Shown: positions 26,741 through 36,557, numbered from the stretch's first letter. The stretch is DNA of 64,000 nt from an uncultured Bacilli bacterium (GCA_934102255.1 CAKOSN010000003.1:31896-95895); one strand, 5' to 3'. Numbers and translations: made by a program. Notes: generated by a model from the sequence alone, not told the origin.

Positions 26741-28894
26741 TTATGCATCCTTATTATCAATATGCGTTACACGTTCTTTGATTTCTTGTGTACGTCCTTT
26801 ATTCCAGAAGTTAGTACCAATATAACCACAAGTACGACGAGCAACATTTAATTTATCATGATCACGATTACCGCAGTTTGGACAATACCATTCTAAGTTA
26901 TCGTCAATTAAAATTTCACCAGTATAACCACATTCATGACAATAATCACTCTTTGTATTTAATTCAGCATACATAATATTGTTATAAATAAAGTCCATTA
27001 CTTGTAAGACAATATCAAGGTTATTAGATAAGTTAGGAGTTTCAATATAACTAATTGCGCCTCCTGGGCTAAGTTTTTGGAATTCACTTTCAAGTTTCAA
27101 TTTGGTGAAGGCATCAATTTCTTCAAATACTGGTACATGATAAGAGTTAGTAATATAGTTGCGGTCTGTAATACCTTTAATAACTCCAAATCTTTCCTTT
27201 AAGCATTTAGCAAATTTATAAGTTGTTGATTCGATTGGTGTTCCATATACTGAATAATCAATATCTTCGGCATTTTTCCATTCATTACATTTATCAACCA
27301 TTTTTTGCATTACTGATAAGCCAAATTCTTTACCTTCAGCACCATCAGTATGACTCTTACCAGTCATATATTTAACGCACTCATATAAACCGGCATATCC
27401 TAGTGAAATAGTTGAATAACCATGATGTAATAAATCATGAATAGATTCACCCTTCTTAAGTCTTGCAAGAGCACCGTGTTGCCAAAGAATTGGTGCAACA
27501 TCCGAAGTAACTTTTGAAAGTCTCTTATGTCTAATTTGTAAAGCTCTATGACACAATTCTAATCTTTCATCAAATAAACGCCAGAAAGTATCCATGTCTT
27601 TATCACTAGATAAAGCAACATCAACTAAGTTAATAGTAACAACACCTTGATTGAAACGACCATAATATTTAGGTTTGCCAGCCTCATCAACATAAGGAGT
27701 TAAGAACGAACGACATCCCATACATGGATAACAGTTGCCATTACCATTTTTATCAATCTTCGTTTCTTTCATAATCTTTTCTGAAATATAATCAGGAACC
27801 ATACGTTTAGCCGTACACTCAGCAGCAAGCTTAGTTAAATAATAATACTTACTTGTTGAATGAATATTATCTTCCTCTAAAACATATAAAAGTTTAGGGA
27901 AAGCTGGAGTTATATAAACACCTTTTTCATTCTTCATACCTTGAATTCTTTGACGTAATACTTCTTCAATTAACATAGCTAGTTCTTCTTTGTATTCACT
28001 AGTTTCTCCTAAATACATACATACTGATAAGAATGGTGCTTGACCATTAGTAGTAGTCATCGAATTAATTTGATATTGGAATGTTTGAACTCCGTCGGTA
28101 ATTTCTTTTCTTAAATCTTCATCAACAAACTTAGCAATTTGAGCTTTAGTAAGTTTGCGTTCTTTATATTTTTTCTCATAATACTCACGACTAGAACGAA
28201 TAAATGGTGCTAAATGCGTAAGTGTTACTGTACAGCCACCATATTGACTCGAGTTAACAGCGGTAATAATCTGGGTTGCAATAGTCATTGCTGTTAAGAA
28301 ACGATGTGGTTTTTCAATCATAACCCCATTAATGCTTGTACCATTTTGTAACATATCCTCTAAATTGATTAAATCACAATTATGTAGGGCATTTTGTGCA
28401 AAATAATCAGCATCATGGAAATGAATAATTCCTGCATCATGGGCTGCTACAATATCCTCAGGAAGTAAAAATCTTCTTGTAATATCAGTACTAGTAATAC
28501 CTGCTAAATAATCTCTTTGAGTAGTTACTATCTTCGCATTCTTATTAGAATTTTCTGTATTCCAATATTCTGATTCCCCGTCAATTAATTCTTTAATAGC
28601 AAGGTCAGTGGTATTACTTCTTCTTACTAACTCTCTTGTATAACGATAAGTTATATATTTCTTAGCAAGGTCATACTTACCAATACTCATTAACTTCATT
28701 TCAATTATATCTTGAATATCCTCAACTAGAATTCTTTTCTTTCCTAGTCTTTCGATATATTTAATTATATTTTTAATTTGAGTGCCAGATGCTTGGTCTT
28801 CATCTTCCACTTCATTATTAGCTTTCATTATAGCTGCTTCTACTTTTTCTGGGCACCAATCTACCATGTGTCCGTCTCTTTTTATTACTTTCAT
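26741..28894 (-). CDS. nrdD: anaerobic ribonucleoside-triphosphate reductase
   Basis: ATP-cone (MKVIKRDGHMVDW), Zn site CHECGY...CPNCG, and glycyl-radical motif RRTCGYIG. The ORF track starts at 28966, but the ATG at 28894 follows AAAGGA and matches the usual N-terminus. Confidence 0.93.
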   Translation of the reverse strand: MKVIKRDGHMVDWCPEKVEAAIMKANNEVEDEDQASGTQIKNIIKYIERLGKKRILVEDIQDIIEMKLMSIGKYDLAKKYITYRYTRELVRRSNTTDLAIKELIDGESEYWNTENSNKNAKIVTTQRDYLAGITSTDITRRFLLPEDIVAAHDAGIIHFHDADYFAQNALHNCDLINLEDMLQNGTSINGVMIEKPHRFLTAMTIATQIITAVNSSQYGGCTVTLTHLAPFIRSSREYYEKKYKERKLTKAQIAKFVDEDLRKEITDGVQTFQYQINSMTTTNGQAPFLSVCMYLGETSEYKEELAMLIEEVLRQRIQGMKNEKGVYITPAFPKLLYVLEEDNIHSTSKYYYLTKLAAECTAKRMVPDYISEKIMKETKIDKNGNGNCYPCMGCRSFLTPYVDEAGKPKYYGRFNQGVVTINLVDVALSSDKDMDTFWRLFDERLELCHRALQIRHKRLSKVTSDVAPILWQHGALARLKKGESIHDLLHHGYSTISLGYAGLYECVKYMTGKSHTDGAEGKEFGLSVMQKMVDKCNEWKNAEDIDYSVYGTPIESTTYKFAKCLKERFGVIKGITDRNYITNSYHVPVFEEIDAFTKLKLESEFQKLSPGGAISYIETPNLSNNLDIVLQVMDFIYNNIMYAELNTKSDYCHECGYTGEILIDDNLEWYCPNCGNRDHDKLNVARRTCGYIGTNFWNKGRTQEIKERVTHIDNKDA

Positions 28895-29006
28895 ACATCT
28901 AATATCCTTTCGTAACATACCCAATATAACATGATCATAAAAATTATTTTGTTGCACTTGCAACATTTTAAACTTTTTGCTATATTTTTAAATGTGAGGT
29001 GTAAAC

Positions 29007-29642
29007 ATGATATCACTATTCAAAGATATAACTCCTGATAATAAGGGCAAATTATTAAAACTTTTAGAAACGTCAAACTTTACATATCAAAAAGGTGTAA
29101 ACATAGCTTATCTTTTTAAAGATAAAGAAAGTATTGGTCTAGTAATAAGTGGAAGTCTTGATATTATAAGAATAGATTATAATGGCACTCGTACTATTAT
29201 TGAAACTATCTTTGAAGAAGAAATACTAGGTACTTCCTTAACTAGTTTACTTAGTAATGACTATGAAATTATTACTAGAGAAGATACTAAAATACTATGG
29301 TTAGATTACAATGTTATCTTAGGTATTAATGATATAAAATACAGTTATTATAACCAATTTATTAAAAATCTATTAATGATAGCCCTAGAAAAAAATACTT
29401 TAAAAAATGAGAGAATTGAAATTTTAACTCAAAAAACTATCCGTAATAAATTATTAGAATACTTTCGTATTGAAGCTTTAAAAAATCGTTCTAAAATTAT
29501 ATATCTTAAAAGTACTTGGCAAGACTTAGCTGATTATTTAGCTATTGATAGATGTGCTATGACAAGAGAACTTAAAAACTTAAAAGAAGAAGGTTTTATT
29601 AATACTAAAGGTCGGGTTATAACGCTTCTTTACTCATTTTAA
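29007..29642 (+). CDS. Crp/Fnr family transcriptional regulator
   Basis: N-terminal cNMP-binding-like barrel and C-terminal HTH TWQDLADYLAIDRCAMTRELKNLKEEGFI. It is divergent from nrdD. Confidence 0.85.
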   Translation: MISLFKDITPDNKGKLLKLLETSNFTYQKGVNIAYLFKDKESIGLVISGSLDIIRIDYNGTRTIIETIFEEEILGTSLTSLLSNDYEIITREDTKILWLDYNVILGINDIKYSYYNQFIKNLLMIALEKNTLKNERIEILTQKTIRNKLLEYFRIEALKNRSKIIYLKSTWQDLADYLAIDRCAMTRELKNLKEEGFINTKGRVITLLYSF

Positions 29643-29717
29643 CTAGACCTTTCAGTATCATTTGTGATACTATGTTACTAAGAAGCGCTATTAATAATAC
29701 TAATTTAAGAAGAAATC

Positions 29718-30407
29718 ATGAATAAAGAAGCACAAAAAGAAAAATTATTAAAGCAAAGAGCATACTTAGAAAATTTAATCAGTTATAATCAAAAATTCTT
29801 TAATCCCAACGATATAACAGCCCTAGAGCTTATTAATTATTTACAACCATATCAACAAGCTTTCTTACGTTTAAAAAATGAAGAAGCCAAGAAAATAGAT
29901 AGTACTATTGACGACGGTCATGCTCATTTTATAAGTCATGCCAACCTTTTTGAAACATCAAGGTTCGGAAACTTTCTTTACTTAGAAGTATGGCAGCACA
30001 ATTTCTTTATGCATTTTAGCACCAACATAGAATGGAACATTGATGAATTTAAGAGAATTTACGGTCCTAAAGCTTACAGCCAATTAATGGCTTCTTGTGA
30101 GGAAATCAATAAATTTCTTATTCAAAATAGAATAGAATTTTCCTCTAGAGTCATTGGTCCAGCTAACCTACCTGTTGCAATAATTCCTGGCGATGATAAT
30201 ACCCTACTTGTTGAGAGTCTAAATGATACTACTTTCCACTTTGAAAACTATTTTAAACTAGTATCACCACAAAGAGAAGAACGTCTTCTAAAGGAAAACT
30301 TAAGTCTAGCTAACCAACTATTATCTACAATCAGTATCGAAGATAACAGGCTTTCAGAAAAAGTTTCTAGCGATATAAAAAGAACTCGCCAGATTACCCT
30401 AAAATAG
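29718..30407 (+). CDS. hypothetical protein, paralog 1 of a tandem pair
   Basis: KEKLLKQRAYLENLISYNQKFFN... aligns with the next gene along its length (...FSSRVIGPANLPVAI vs FPSRIVHPKNGAVSI). Confidence 0.6.
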   Translation: MNKEAQKEKLLKQRAYLENLISYNQKFFNPNDITALELINYLQPYQQAFLRLKNEEAKKIDSTIDDGHAHFISHANLFETSRFGNFLYLEVWQHNFFMHFSTNIEWNIDEFKRIYGPKAYSQLMASCEEINKFLIQNRIEFSSRVIGPANLPVAIIPGDDNTLLVESLNDTTFHFENYFKLVSPQREERLLKENLSLANQLLSTISIEDNRLSEKVSSDIKRTRQITLK

Positions 30408-30432
30408 TTATTCTATTATTTAGTCTTGCCTT

Positions 30433-30462
30433 AACTTTAAGAACTCATCTTAAAGTTTTTTC
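30433..30462 (+). terminator. rho-independent terminator
   Basis: 10-bp stem AACTTTAAGA / TCTTAAAGTT, loop ACTCA, then a T-run. Confidence 0.75.
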
Positions 30463-30662
30463 TTCATCTTCTTCATAAATCCATATATTTGTATCAATAG
30501 TTATTCTTATAAAAATAATAATTTAATATTTAAATTAATAAGCAAAAAATCTTTCCTTCATTTTTCTTACTTATCTAGAAATTTATTCTAAAATATGTTA
30601 TTATATATACCCCCTTAAGTAAAATAAACTTAAGATAATAATAACAAGAAGGATATGATTAA

Positions 30663-31376
30663 ATGGATAGAAAAACAGAATTAAAAGATATATTATTAAA
30701 ACAAAGAGCTTTATTAGAAGCCTTAATTAAGCAAAACGAAAAATACTTTAACAAAGATGCAGTAAGTGGTTTAGAATTTTCTAAGTACTTAGAAAACATT
30801 CAAAAAGCTTATGACGACTTTTTATTTGAAAAGATAATAAGATTACATGCTATAATACCTGGTGAATTTGAATTTTTAAGTATTAATGAATTAATTGCTG
30901 ATACTAAATTTAAAAGTGATTTTATGATAAAAATTCATAATAATCCTAGTATAGGTACTATGGTAATTGGTGATGAAGAAAAAAGAAAGGAATTTATTGA
31001 AGCCTATGGTTATGATGCTTATTATCAATTAGAGGTTATAATCCGAAGTATTTTAGAATACACCAAAAAGAACGGTCTTGTATTTCCTAGTAGAATAGTA
31101 CATCCTAAAAATGGCGCTGTTTCTATTGGCTTAAGTGATGATTCATTCACTATTTTAGAAAGTATTGATAAGCTTAAAATTCGTTATACTAACACCTTAG
31201 GTCGTCTAGAATGGACTACAATTAATCCCGATTACAGTGAAGATATTATTTTTGTTGATGATGATGACTTACTAAATATGTACTTATCATCTATTCGTCT
31301 TGATGATAACGTCCTACCTTCAAAAATGGCAAATGACATTAAAGAGGCAAGACTAATTAGAGAAAAGAAACTTTAA
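30663..31376 (+). CDS. hypothetical protein, paralog 2 of a tandem pair
   Basis: ELKDILLKQRALLEALIKQNEKYFN... is homologous to 29718..30407. Confidence 0.6.
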   Translation: MDRKTELKDILLKQRALLEALIKQNEKYFNKDAVSGLEFSKYLENIQKAYDDFLFEKIIRLHAIIPGEFEFLSINELIADTKFKSDFMIKIHNNPSIGTMVIGDEEKRKEFIEAYGYDAYYQLEVIIRSILEYTKKNGLVFPSRIVHPKNGAVSIGLSDDSFTILESIDKLKIRYTNTLGRLEWTTINPDYSEDIIFVDDDDLLNMYLSSIRLDDNVLPSKMANDIKEARLIREKKL

Positions 31377-31398
31377 GACTCGCTCTTAAAGTTTTTTG
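31369..31398 (+). terminator. rho-independent terminator (same stem sequence as 30433..30462)
   Basis: AACTTTAAGA / TCTTAAAGTT stem, loop CTCGC, then a T-run. Confidence 0.75.
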
Positions 31399-31461
31399 AT
31401 GCTTAATTTTAATAACCATATATTTTCTATCTAAAACATATACTTATATAGGTGGTTCTTT

Positions 31462-32541
31462 TTGAAAAAAATAGATTATAAATTATTTTTCTTAAGTATT
31501 ATTGCCGGTCTTTTAGGAATTATTATGATATATTCTGCTAGTAATATTTGGGCTGAATATAAGTTTAATGACCCTTTAAAATATGTAAAACATCAAGCTT
31601 TATTTTTTATAATAGGTATTCTTATTATGATAATTTTATCTAAATTTGATTATAAAAAATACTATAAGTATGCTAATAAAATTTTACTTATCTGTTTAGT
31701 TTTACTTATTCTTGTTCTTATCCCCGGTATTGGTAAGGTAAGAAATGGCGCTAGAAGTTGGTTTGGCATTGGCTCTTTTGGTATTCAACCCTCAGAATTT
31801 GCTAAAATTGGTTTAATAATTTTTGTTTCTAAATATTTAGCTAATAATGATTCTTCGGTAAAAGATGTTGTTAAAGGCATATTTCCTATTCTTGGTGTTA
31901 TATTTTTATTCTTCGGTCTTATTATGTTAGAGCCTGACTTCGGTCAAGGTATGGTTATTGTTCTTACTTTAATCATGATTATTTTTATATCTGGTGCTAA
32001 AATTTCTTTCTTTGTTAAATGCGGTATTCTAGGTCTTTTTGGTATAGTTGGTCTTATTATAGTAGCACCCTATCGTCTAGCTAGAATCATTTCCTTTGTT
32101 AATCCCTGGGTTGACCCCTTAGGTAGTGGTTTTCAAATTATTCAAAGTTTATATGCCATTGGTCCCGGTGGCCTTTTAGGTCTTGGTTTTGGTTCATCTA
32201 TTCAAAAACATTTCTATTTACCAGAACCGCAAACTGACTTTATCTTTTCTATTATTTCTGAAGAATTTGGTTTTTTAGGAGTTCTCGTTGTTACTAGTAT
32301 TTTTATGCTTCTATTCTACTTTTCTATTAAAATCAGTATGCAAGCTAAAAATCTTTTTGCTAAATATTTAAGTTTCGGTCTTTCTTTTGGTATTTTAATT
32401 CAAGCTTTACTTAACCTCTGTGTAGTAGTTGGTTTAATTCCGGTTACTGGTGTAACTTTACCCTTCTTTAGTTATGGTGGCTCTAGTCTTTTAGTTTCCT
32501 TTGCCTCTATTGGTATTATTTTAAATATTAGTAAGAGTTAA
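31462..32541 (+). CDS. ftsW: SEDS family peptidoglycan glycosyltransferase FtsW/RodA/SpoVE
   Basis: SWFGIGSFGIQPSEFAKI, PDFGQG, LPEPQTDFIFS and GVTLPFFSYGGSS signatures. Confidence 0.9.
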   Translation: MKKIDYKLFFLSIIAGLLGIIMIYSASNIWAEYKFNDPLKYVKHQALFFIIGILIMIILSKFDYKKYYKYANKILLICLVLLILVLIPGIGKVRNGARSWFGIGSFGIQPSEFAKIGLIIFVSKYLANNDSSVKDVVKGIFPILGVIFLFFGLIMLEPDFGQGMVIVLTLIMIIFISGAKISFFVKCGILGLFGIVGLIIVAPYRLARIISFVNPWVDPLGSGFQIIQSLYAIGPGGLLGLGFGSSIQKHFYLPEPQTDFIFSIISEEFGFLGVLVVTSIFMLLFYFSIKISMQAKNLFAKYLSFGLSFGILIQALLNLCVVVGLIPVTGVTLPFFSYGGSSLLVSFASIGIILNISKS

Positions 32542-32548
32542 AATAACC

Positions 32549-32800
32549 TTTACGTAGTAATCAGTATTATCCCTGTACCAATCGTTGCCTTTCCTTTTTT
32601 ATTAATTGGTTATCAAACAAAACTCACTGCTAAAATCAATAATTATCACCATAATTTAAGTTATATTAATAGAATTTACGTAGTAGTTAGTACTGTCCCC
32701 GTAACGATTGTTACCCTTCCTTTTTCACTAATTGATTTTCAAACAAAACTAACTACTAAAATCAACAGTTATCTACATATTTTAGACATTATTAGTCCAT
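32549..32800 (+). repeat. two tandem 126-bp repeats (about 75% identical by eye)
   Basis: TTTACGTAGTA...CAAACAAAACT.ACT.CTAAAATCAA begins at 32549 and again at 32675. The period is exactly 126 bp with no indels. Confidence 0.85.
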
Positions 32801-32852
32801 TTTATGTAGATAACCCATCTTTTTTCATGAAAAAAGACGTCTTTTGGACATC

Positions 32853-33500
32853 TTAAACTTCATTTAACTCTTTTCTAGCTTCTTTGTAATTTGGATATCT
32901 AAGTGATACTTCATGCCAGAATTTATCACTATGATTAGCTTCTTTAAAATGACTAAGTTCATGAACAACAACATAATCAATTAACCTAACATCTTTTTTT
33001 AATAACTCACTATTTAGAGTAACTGTATTATTGCCTCTATTACAAACGCCCCAACGTGTTTTCATTTTTCTTACTCTTAAGCTATACTTAGGTAAATAAT
33101 TAAAATAAGGATTATATTTTTCTAACTCCTGGGTAAATATTCTTACACATTCATTAGCATAAAACTTATTTAACATTTTTTCATCTTTAACAATAATGCA
33201 ATCTTCTTCTATATAATACTTTTTTATATCTTTATTATAAATAATAGTATAAGGTTTCCCTAAATAATAAAAGATACTATTATTATCTAGTTCTTTTAAT
33301 TTACGATTATACATTTTAATTAAAGATTTACTATTTTTACTTATAATATCTAATATTTCTTTTTCTGATACTCTTTTATTACAAGTAACTAATAGCTCTA
33401 AATTATCCGTAACTCGTATATAAAGGTTTTTATTTTGTTTATGTTCGATTATAACATCGATTTTTTTATCATCAAGTACAACTTGCATTTTATAGTCCAT
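32853..33500 (-). CDS. YgjP-like metal-dependent hydrolase (DUF45 / M48-like)
   Basis: HExxH-type motif VVHELSHFKEANHSDKFW near the C-terminus. About 215 aa. Confidence 0.8.
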   Translation of the reverse strand: MDYKMQVVLDDKKIDVIIEHKQNKNLYIRVTDNLELLVTCNKRVSEKEILDIISKNSKSLIKMYNRKLKELDNNSIFYYLGKPYTIIYNKDIKKYYIEEDCIIVKDEKMLNKFYANECVRIFTQELEKYNPYFNYLPKYSLRVRKMKTRWGVCNRGNNTVTLNSELLKKDVRLIDYVVVHELSHFKEANHSDKFWHEVSLRYPNYKEARKELNEV

Positions 33501-34824
33501 TAACTATTGTTTTATACTCTGTACCACGGTCTTCAAAGCACTTATATTGGTCCCAAGAAGCACAGGCTGGTGAAAGTAAAACGACATCACCTGGTAAGGC
33601 ATTATTACTTGCATACATAGTAGCATCATGTAAATTTTTTACTACTTTAACAGCAATATTTAAATCACTTGCCCACTTTTCAATACGCTCTTTGGTCTGA
33701 CCATAACAAACTACTAGTTTTACATTTTTCATATAATCATTTAATGGTTCAAAAGAATGTCCTCTATCTAAACCGCCCATAATTAAAATAGTTGGTTTAT
33801 TAAAAGCTTTTAAAGCAATAGTAGTTGAAACCGTATTAGTAGCCTTAGAATCGTTATAATACTCTACATTATTTAAAGTTCTAACATATTCTAGACGATG
33901 TTCTACCCCACCAAACTCTTTTAATACTTTAGTAATAGCAGTATTATCGACATCATAATTTTTAACAGCTCCAATCGCACAACAAGCATTTTCATAATTA
34001 TGCATTCCTTGTAATTTAATATCTTCTAACTTAATTATCTTTTCACCAAAATAAGTTATATAATCACTCTTAATACAAATATCGGTATCACTAGTACTAC
34101 TAAAGTAAATCTTATGAGACTTTATATCTTTAGTCAATTCCATTTCATCTTCATTATTCAAATTAAGAATAGCAATATCTTTATCAGTATGATTATTAAA
34201 TATTCTCTTCTTAGTATTCTTATAGTTTTCATAAGTATCTAAAAAATCAATATGAGTTGGTGTAAGGTTAGTTAAAACACTAACATTAGTCTTAAAATGA
34301 TTCATATTACATAATTGTTGAATAGATATTTCTAAAAGTAAAATAGTATCACTATCTAAATCATTTAAAATACTACAAACAGGAATACCCATATTACCAG
34401 CCATAATTACTTTTTTACCAGCAGCTTTTAACATTTCATTAATTAAATTAGTCGTAGTAGTCTTACCATTAGAACCAGTTACCCCAATTACTTGTAATCC
34501 TTCTGGGAAAAAGTAAGAAGCTGCTTCTACTTCGTTAGTAACAGGAATATTTAGACTACCAGCTTTAACTATTAATGGATTAGTATATTTAATTCCTGGG
34601 TTTTTAATAACAACATCAAAAGTATTATCTAGTAATTCTTCCGGTTTATCCGTTATTACTACTTTAACACCAAGGCTTTCTAACTCCTCTACTTTACTAC
34701 TATCTTGTTCCTTAGCATCACTAACGATAATTTCATTATTATATTTACTTAAGTATTTACTTACTTCGTAACCACTTCTGGCCATTCCTAAAACAAATAT
34801 TTTACTATTTTTTAATTTAATCAT
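33490..34824 (-). CDS. murD: UDP-N-acetylmuramoylalanine--D-glutamate ligase
   Basis: VIGVTGSNGKTTTT P-loop, Mur ligase domains, and SPACASWDQYKCFEDRG at the C-terminus. Confidence 0.95.
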   Translation of the reverse strand: MIKLKNSKIFVLGMARSGYEVSKYLSKYNNEIIVSDAKEQDSSKVEELESLGVKVVITDKPEELLDNTFDVVIKNPGIKYTNPLIVKAGSLNIPVTNEVEAASYFFPEGLQVIGVTGSNGKTTTTNLINEMLKAAGKKVIMAGNMGIPVCSILNDLDSDTILLLEISIQQLCNMNHFKTNVSVLTNLTPTHIDFLDTYENYKNTKKRIFNNHTDKDIAILNLNNEDEMELTKDIKSHKIYFSSTSDTDICIKSDYITYFGEKIIKLEDIKLQGMHNYENACCAIGAVKNYDVDNTAITKVLKEFGGVEHRLEYVRTLNNVEYYNDSKATNTVSTTIALKAFNKPTILIMGGLDRGHSFEPLNDYMKNVKLVVCYGQTKERIEKWASDLNIAVKVVKNLHDATMYASNNALPGDVVLLSPACASWDQYKCFEDRGTEYKTIVNGL

Positions 34825-35278
34825 AATTTTTCTCTCCTTTAGTTTTTGCTCTTTTTAAAATTTGGTTTAAATCTTCAACATAATGTTTATTTAATCGTTT
34901 AAATACTAAACAATCATCAGCACTACTATCTTTATCTAAGGTAAAATAATATTTATTAAATAACTCAATATAATTCTTCTTATTAGCATTCTTACTTATA
35001 CGCAGAGCATAAGTAAAATACATACTATCTGGAAATACTACTTCAAAACGACTTTCAATATACCAAACCACTTTAACTAATTCTTCTATATTATCCTGAT
35101 AATCAGTTAATATTTCCATACCATCATAAATACTTCTAAAAGCCACTCTAGCAATTATCGGTTTTTCTAAAAAGGTTTCCAAATTCATCACTTTTAAATA
35201 TTTCCAATTTATAATAAGCGTTATCATCCTCACCTTGATAAAATATAACTTCATCTTTTCCATAATTCTTTTTGCCAT
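34817..35278 (-). CDS. hypothetical protein (start uncertain; overlaps the upstream GNAT gene)
   Basis: The ORF overlaps the 3' end of the GNAT ORF by 131 nt. The internal ATG at 35188 (MNLETFLEKP...) reduces the overlap to 41 nt. There is no clear ribosome-binding site for either start. Confidence 0.4.
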   Translation of the reverse strand: MAKRIMEKMKLYFIKVRMITLIINWKYLKVMNLETFLEKPIIARVAFRSIYDGMEILTDYQDNIEELVKVVWYIESRFEVVFPDSMYFTYALRISKNANKKNYIELFNKYYFTLDKDSSADDCLVFKRLNKHYVEDLNQILKRAKTKGEKNYD

Positions 35279-35735
35279 AATTAGGATTTCTTTTTCTATA
35301 TGTTAAGTAGCCTTCAGCAAGCTCACTTTCAACTTCATCAAAATCGTTAGCAAAACCACACTTAGAAAATAGTTTTTGAGAAGCTAAATTATCTGGAGCA
35401 ATATGAGCAACAAAATATTCGGTATTATTTAAAGATTCGCCAAAAGAATCTATAATCATTTTTAATAACTTTGTACCATTGCCATTCTTTCTATAGCTGC
35501 TATTTAAGCCAATTTTTATATCAAGTCCCATAGGAGTTAACAAAAATTCTATCGCTCCTATAGTATATCTTGTATCTCTTTCTACTATTCTAAATATCTT
35601 AATATTTTTATTACCATAACTAAGTCCAAAATCGAATACTTTATAAAGTTCACTATCAAGTAAATAATTATTAAAGTTTTTCATTTCTATAAAGTCAACT
35701 TTATTAATGGCTCTTTTATTTTCTTCTGTTTCCAT
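35148..35735 (-). CDS. GNAT family N-acetyltransferase
   Basis: The acetyl-CoA-binding-like segment YRKNGNGTKLLKMII and the overall GNAT pattern (AHIAPDNLASQKLFSKCGF). Confidence 0.7.
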   Translation of the reverse strand: METEENKRAINKVDFIEMKNFNNYLLDSELYKVFDFGLSYGNKNIKIFRIVERDTRYTIGAIEFLLTPMGLDIKIGLNSSYRKNGNGTKLLKMIIDSFGESLNNTEYFVAHIAPDNLASQKLFSKCGFANDFDEVESELAEGYLTYRKRNPNYGKKNYGKDEVIFYQGEDDNAYYKLEIFKSDEFGNLFRKTDNC

Positions 35736-35738
35736 AAA

Positions 35739-36557
35739 TTATTTTTGGCACTTAGGACAATAATAAGTGCTTCTCCCTCCCACTTTAATACGTATTATTT
35801 TTTCACCACAACTAGGACATGGTAGATTTTCTCGTTTATGAACACACAAGTAATCTTGATAGTGTCCGGTTACTCCTAAACTAGAAGTATAACTTCTAAT
35901 CGTTGTGCCACCCATTTCCATGGCTTTTTTAATAATACGTGCACTACTATCAGCTATTTTTAAAGCTTCATCTATAGTAATGCTATTTGCGGGTCGGATT
36001 GGATTTATTCCGCTAGCAAACAATACTTCATCAGCATAAATATTTCCTAGTCCACTAATAATTGTTTGGTCAAGCAAAGCTGTTTTAATCGGTTCTTTCT
36101 TTAGTTTAAACTTAGAAACTAAGTATTCACCGGTAAGTTCACTACTACCTGGTTCTTTGCCTTGTTTTCTTATCTCTTCGGTATCATTTAAAGCATCCTT
36201 TGGAATAATCTTCATTCTACCAAATTTTCTCGTATCATGATATCTAAGGTCCGTATTATCAGCAAAATGTATAATAACATGTTCATGCTTAGCTTTTTCT
36301 TCACGTGTATTTTTAATAAAATACTTACCTTCCATGCGTAAATGGCTTAACATATAATAATTATCAAGTTCAAATATTAACCATTTACCTACTCTTTTTA
36401 TATCTACAAATTCATTATTAATAAGACAATTTTTAAATTCTTCTATATCATTTTCAATCATCTTATTATAATAAATATCTACTCCTATTATTCTTTTATG
36501 TAAAATGCTTTTCTTTAAGACATTTCTTACTGTTTCTACTTCCGCTATTTCTGGCAT
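35739..36557 (-). CDS. mutM: formamidopyrimidine-DNA glycosylase
   Basis: N-terminal MPEIAEVETV (catalytic Pro2), an H2TH region, and the C-terminal zinc finger CPSCGEKI...YYCPKCQ. Confidence 0.95.
   Translation of the reverse strand: MPEIAEVETVRNVLKKSILHKRIIGVDIYYNKMIENDIEEFKNCLINNEFVDIKRVGKWLIFELDNYYMLSHLRMEGKYFIKNTREEKAKHEHVIIHFADNTDLRYHDTRKFGRMKIIPKDALNDTEEIRKQGKEPGSSELTGEYLVSKFKLKKEPIKTALLDQTIISGLGNIYADEVLFASGINPIRPANSITIDEALKIADSSARIIKKAMEMGGTTIRSYTSSLGVTGHYQDYLCVHKRENLPCPSCGEKIIRIKVGGRSTYYCPKCQK

Noticed and set aside
28895-28966. 24-codon N-terminal extension of nrdD in the ORF track, and a possible NrdR box (CATGTTATATTGGGTAT) in this leader.
   Set aside because: The ATG at 28894 has a proper ribosome-binding site and gives the canonical ATP-cone start MKVIKRDG. 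The NrdR-box resemblance is limited to the central ATAT core, and I could not find a second phased box.
29654-29671. Palindrome AGTATCA-TTTG-TGATACT as the terminator of the Crp/Fnr gene.
   Set aside because: The stem is only 7 bp and AT-rich with no following T-run. It is treated as a candidate operator in the findings instead.
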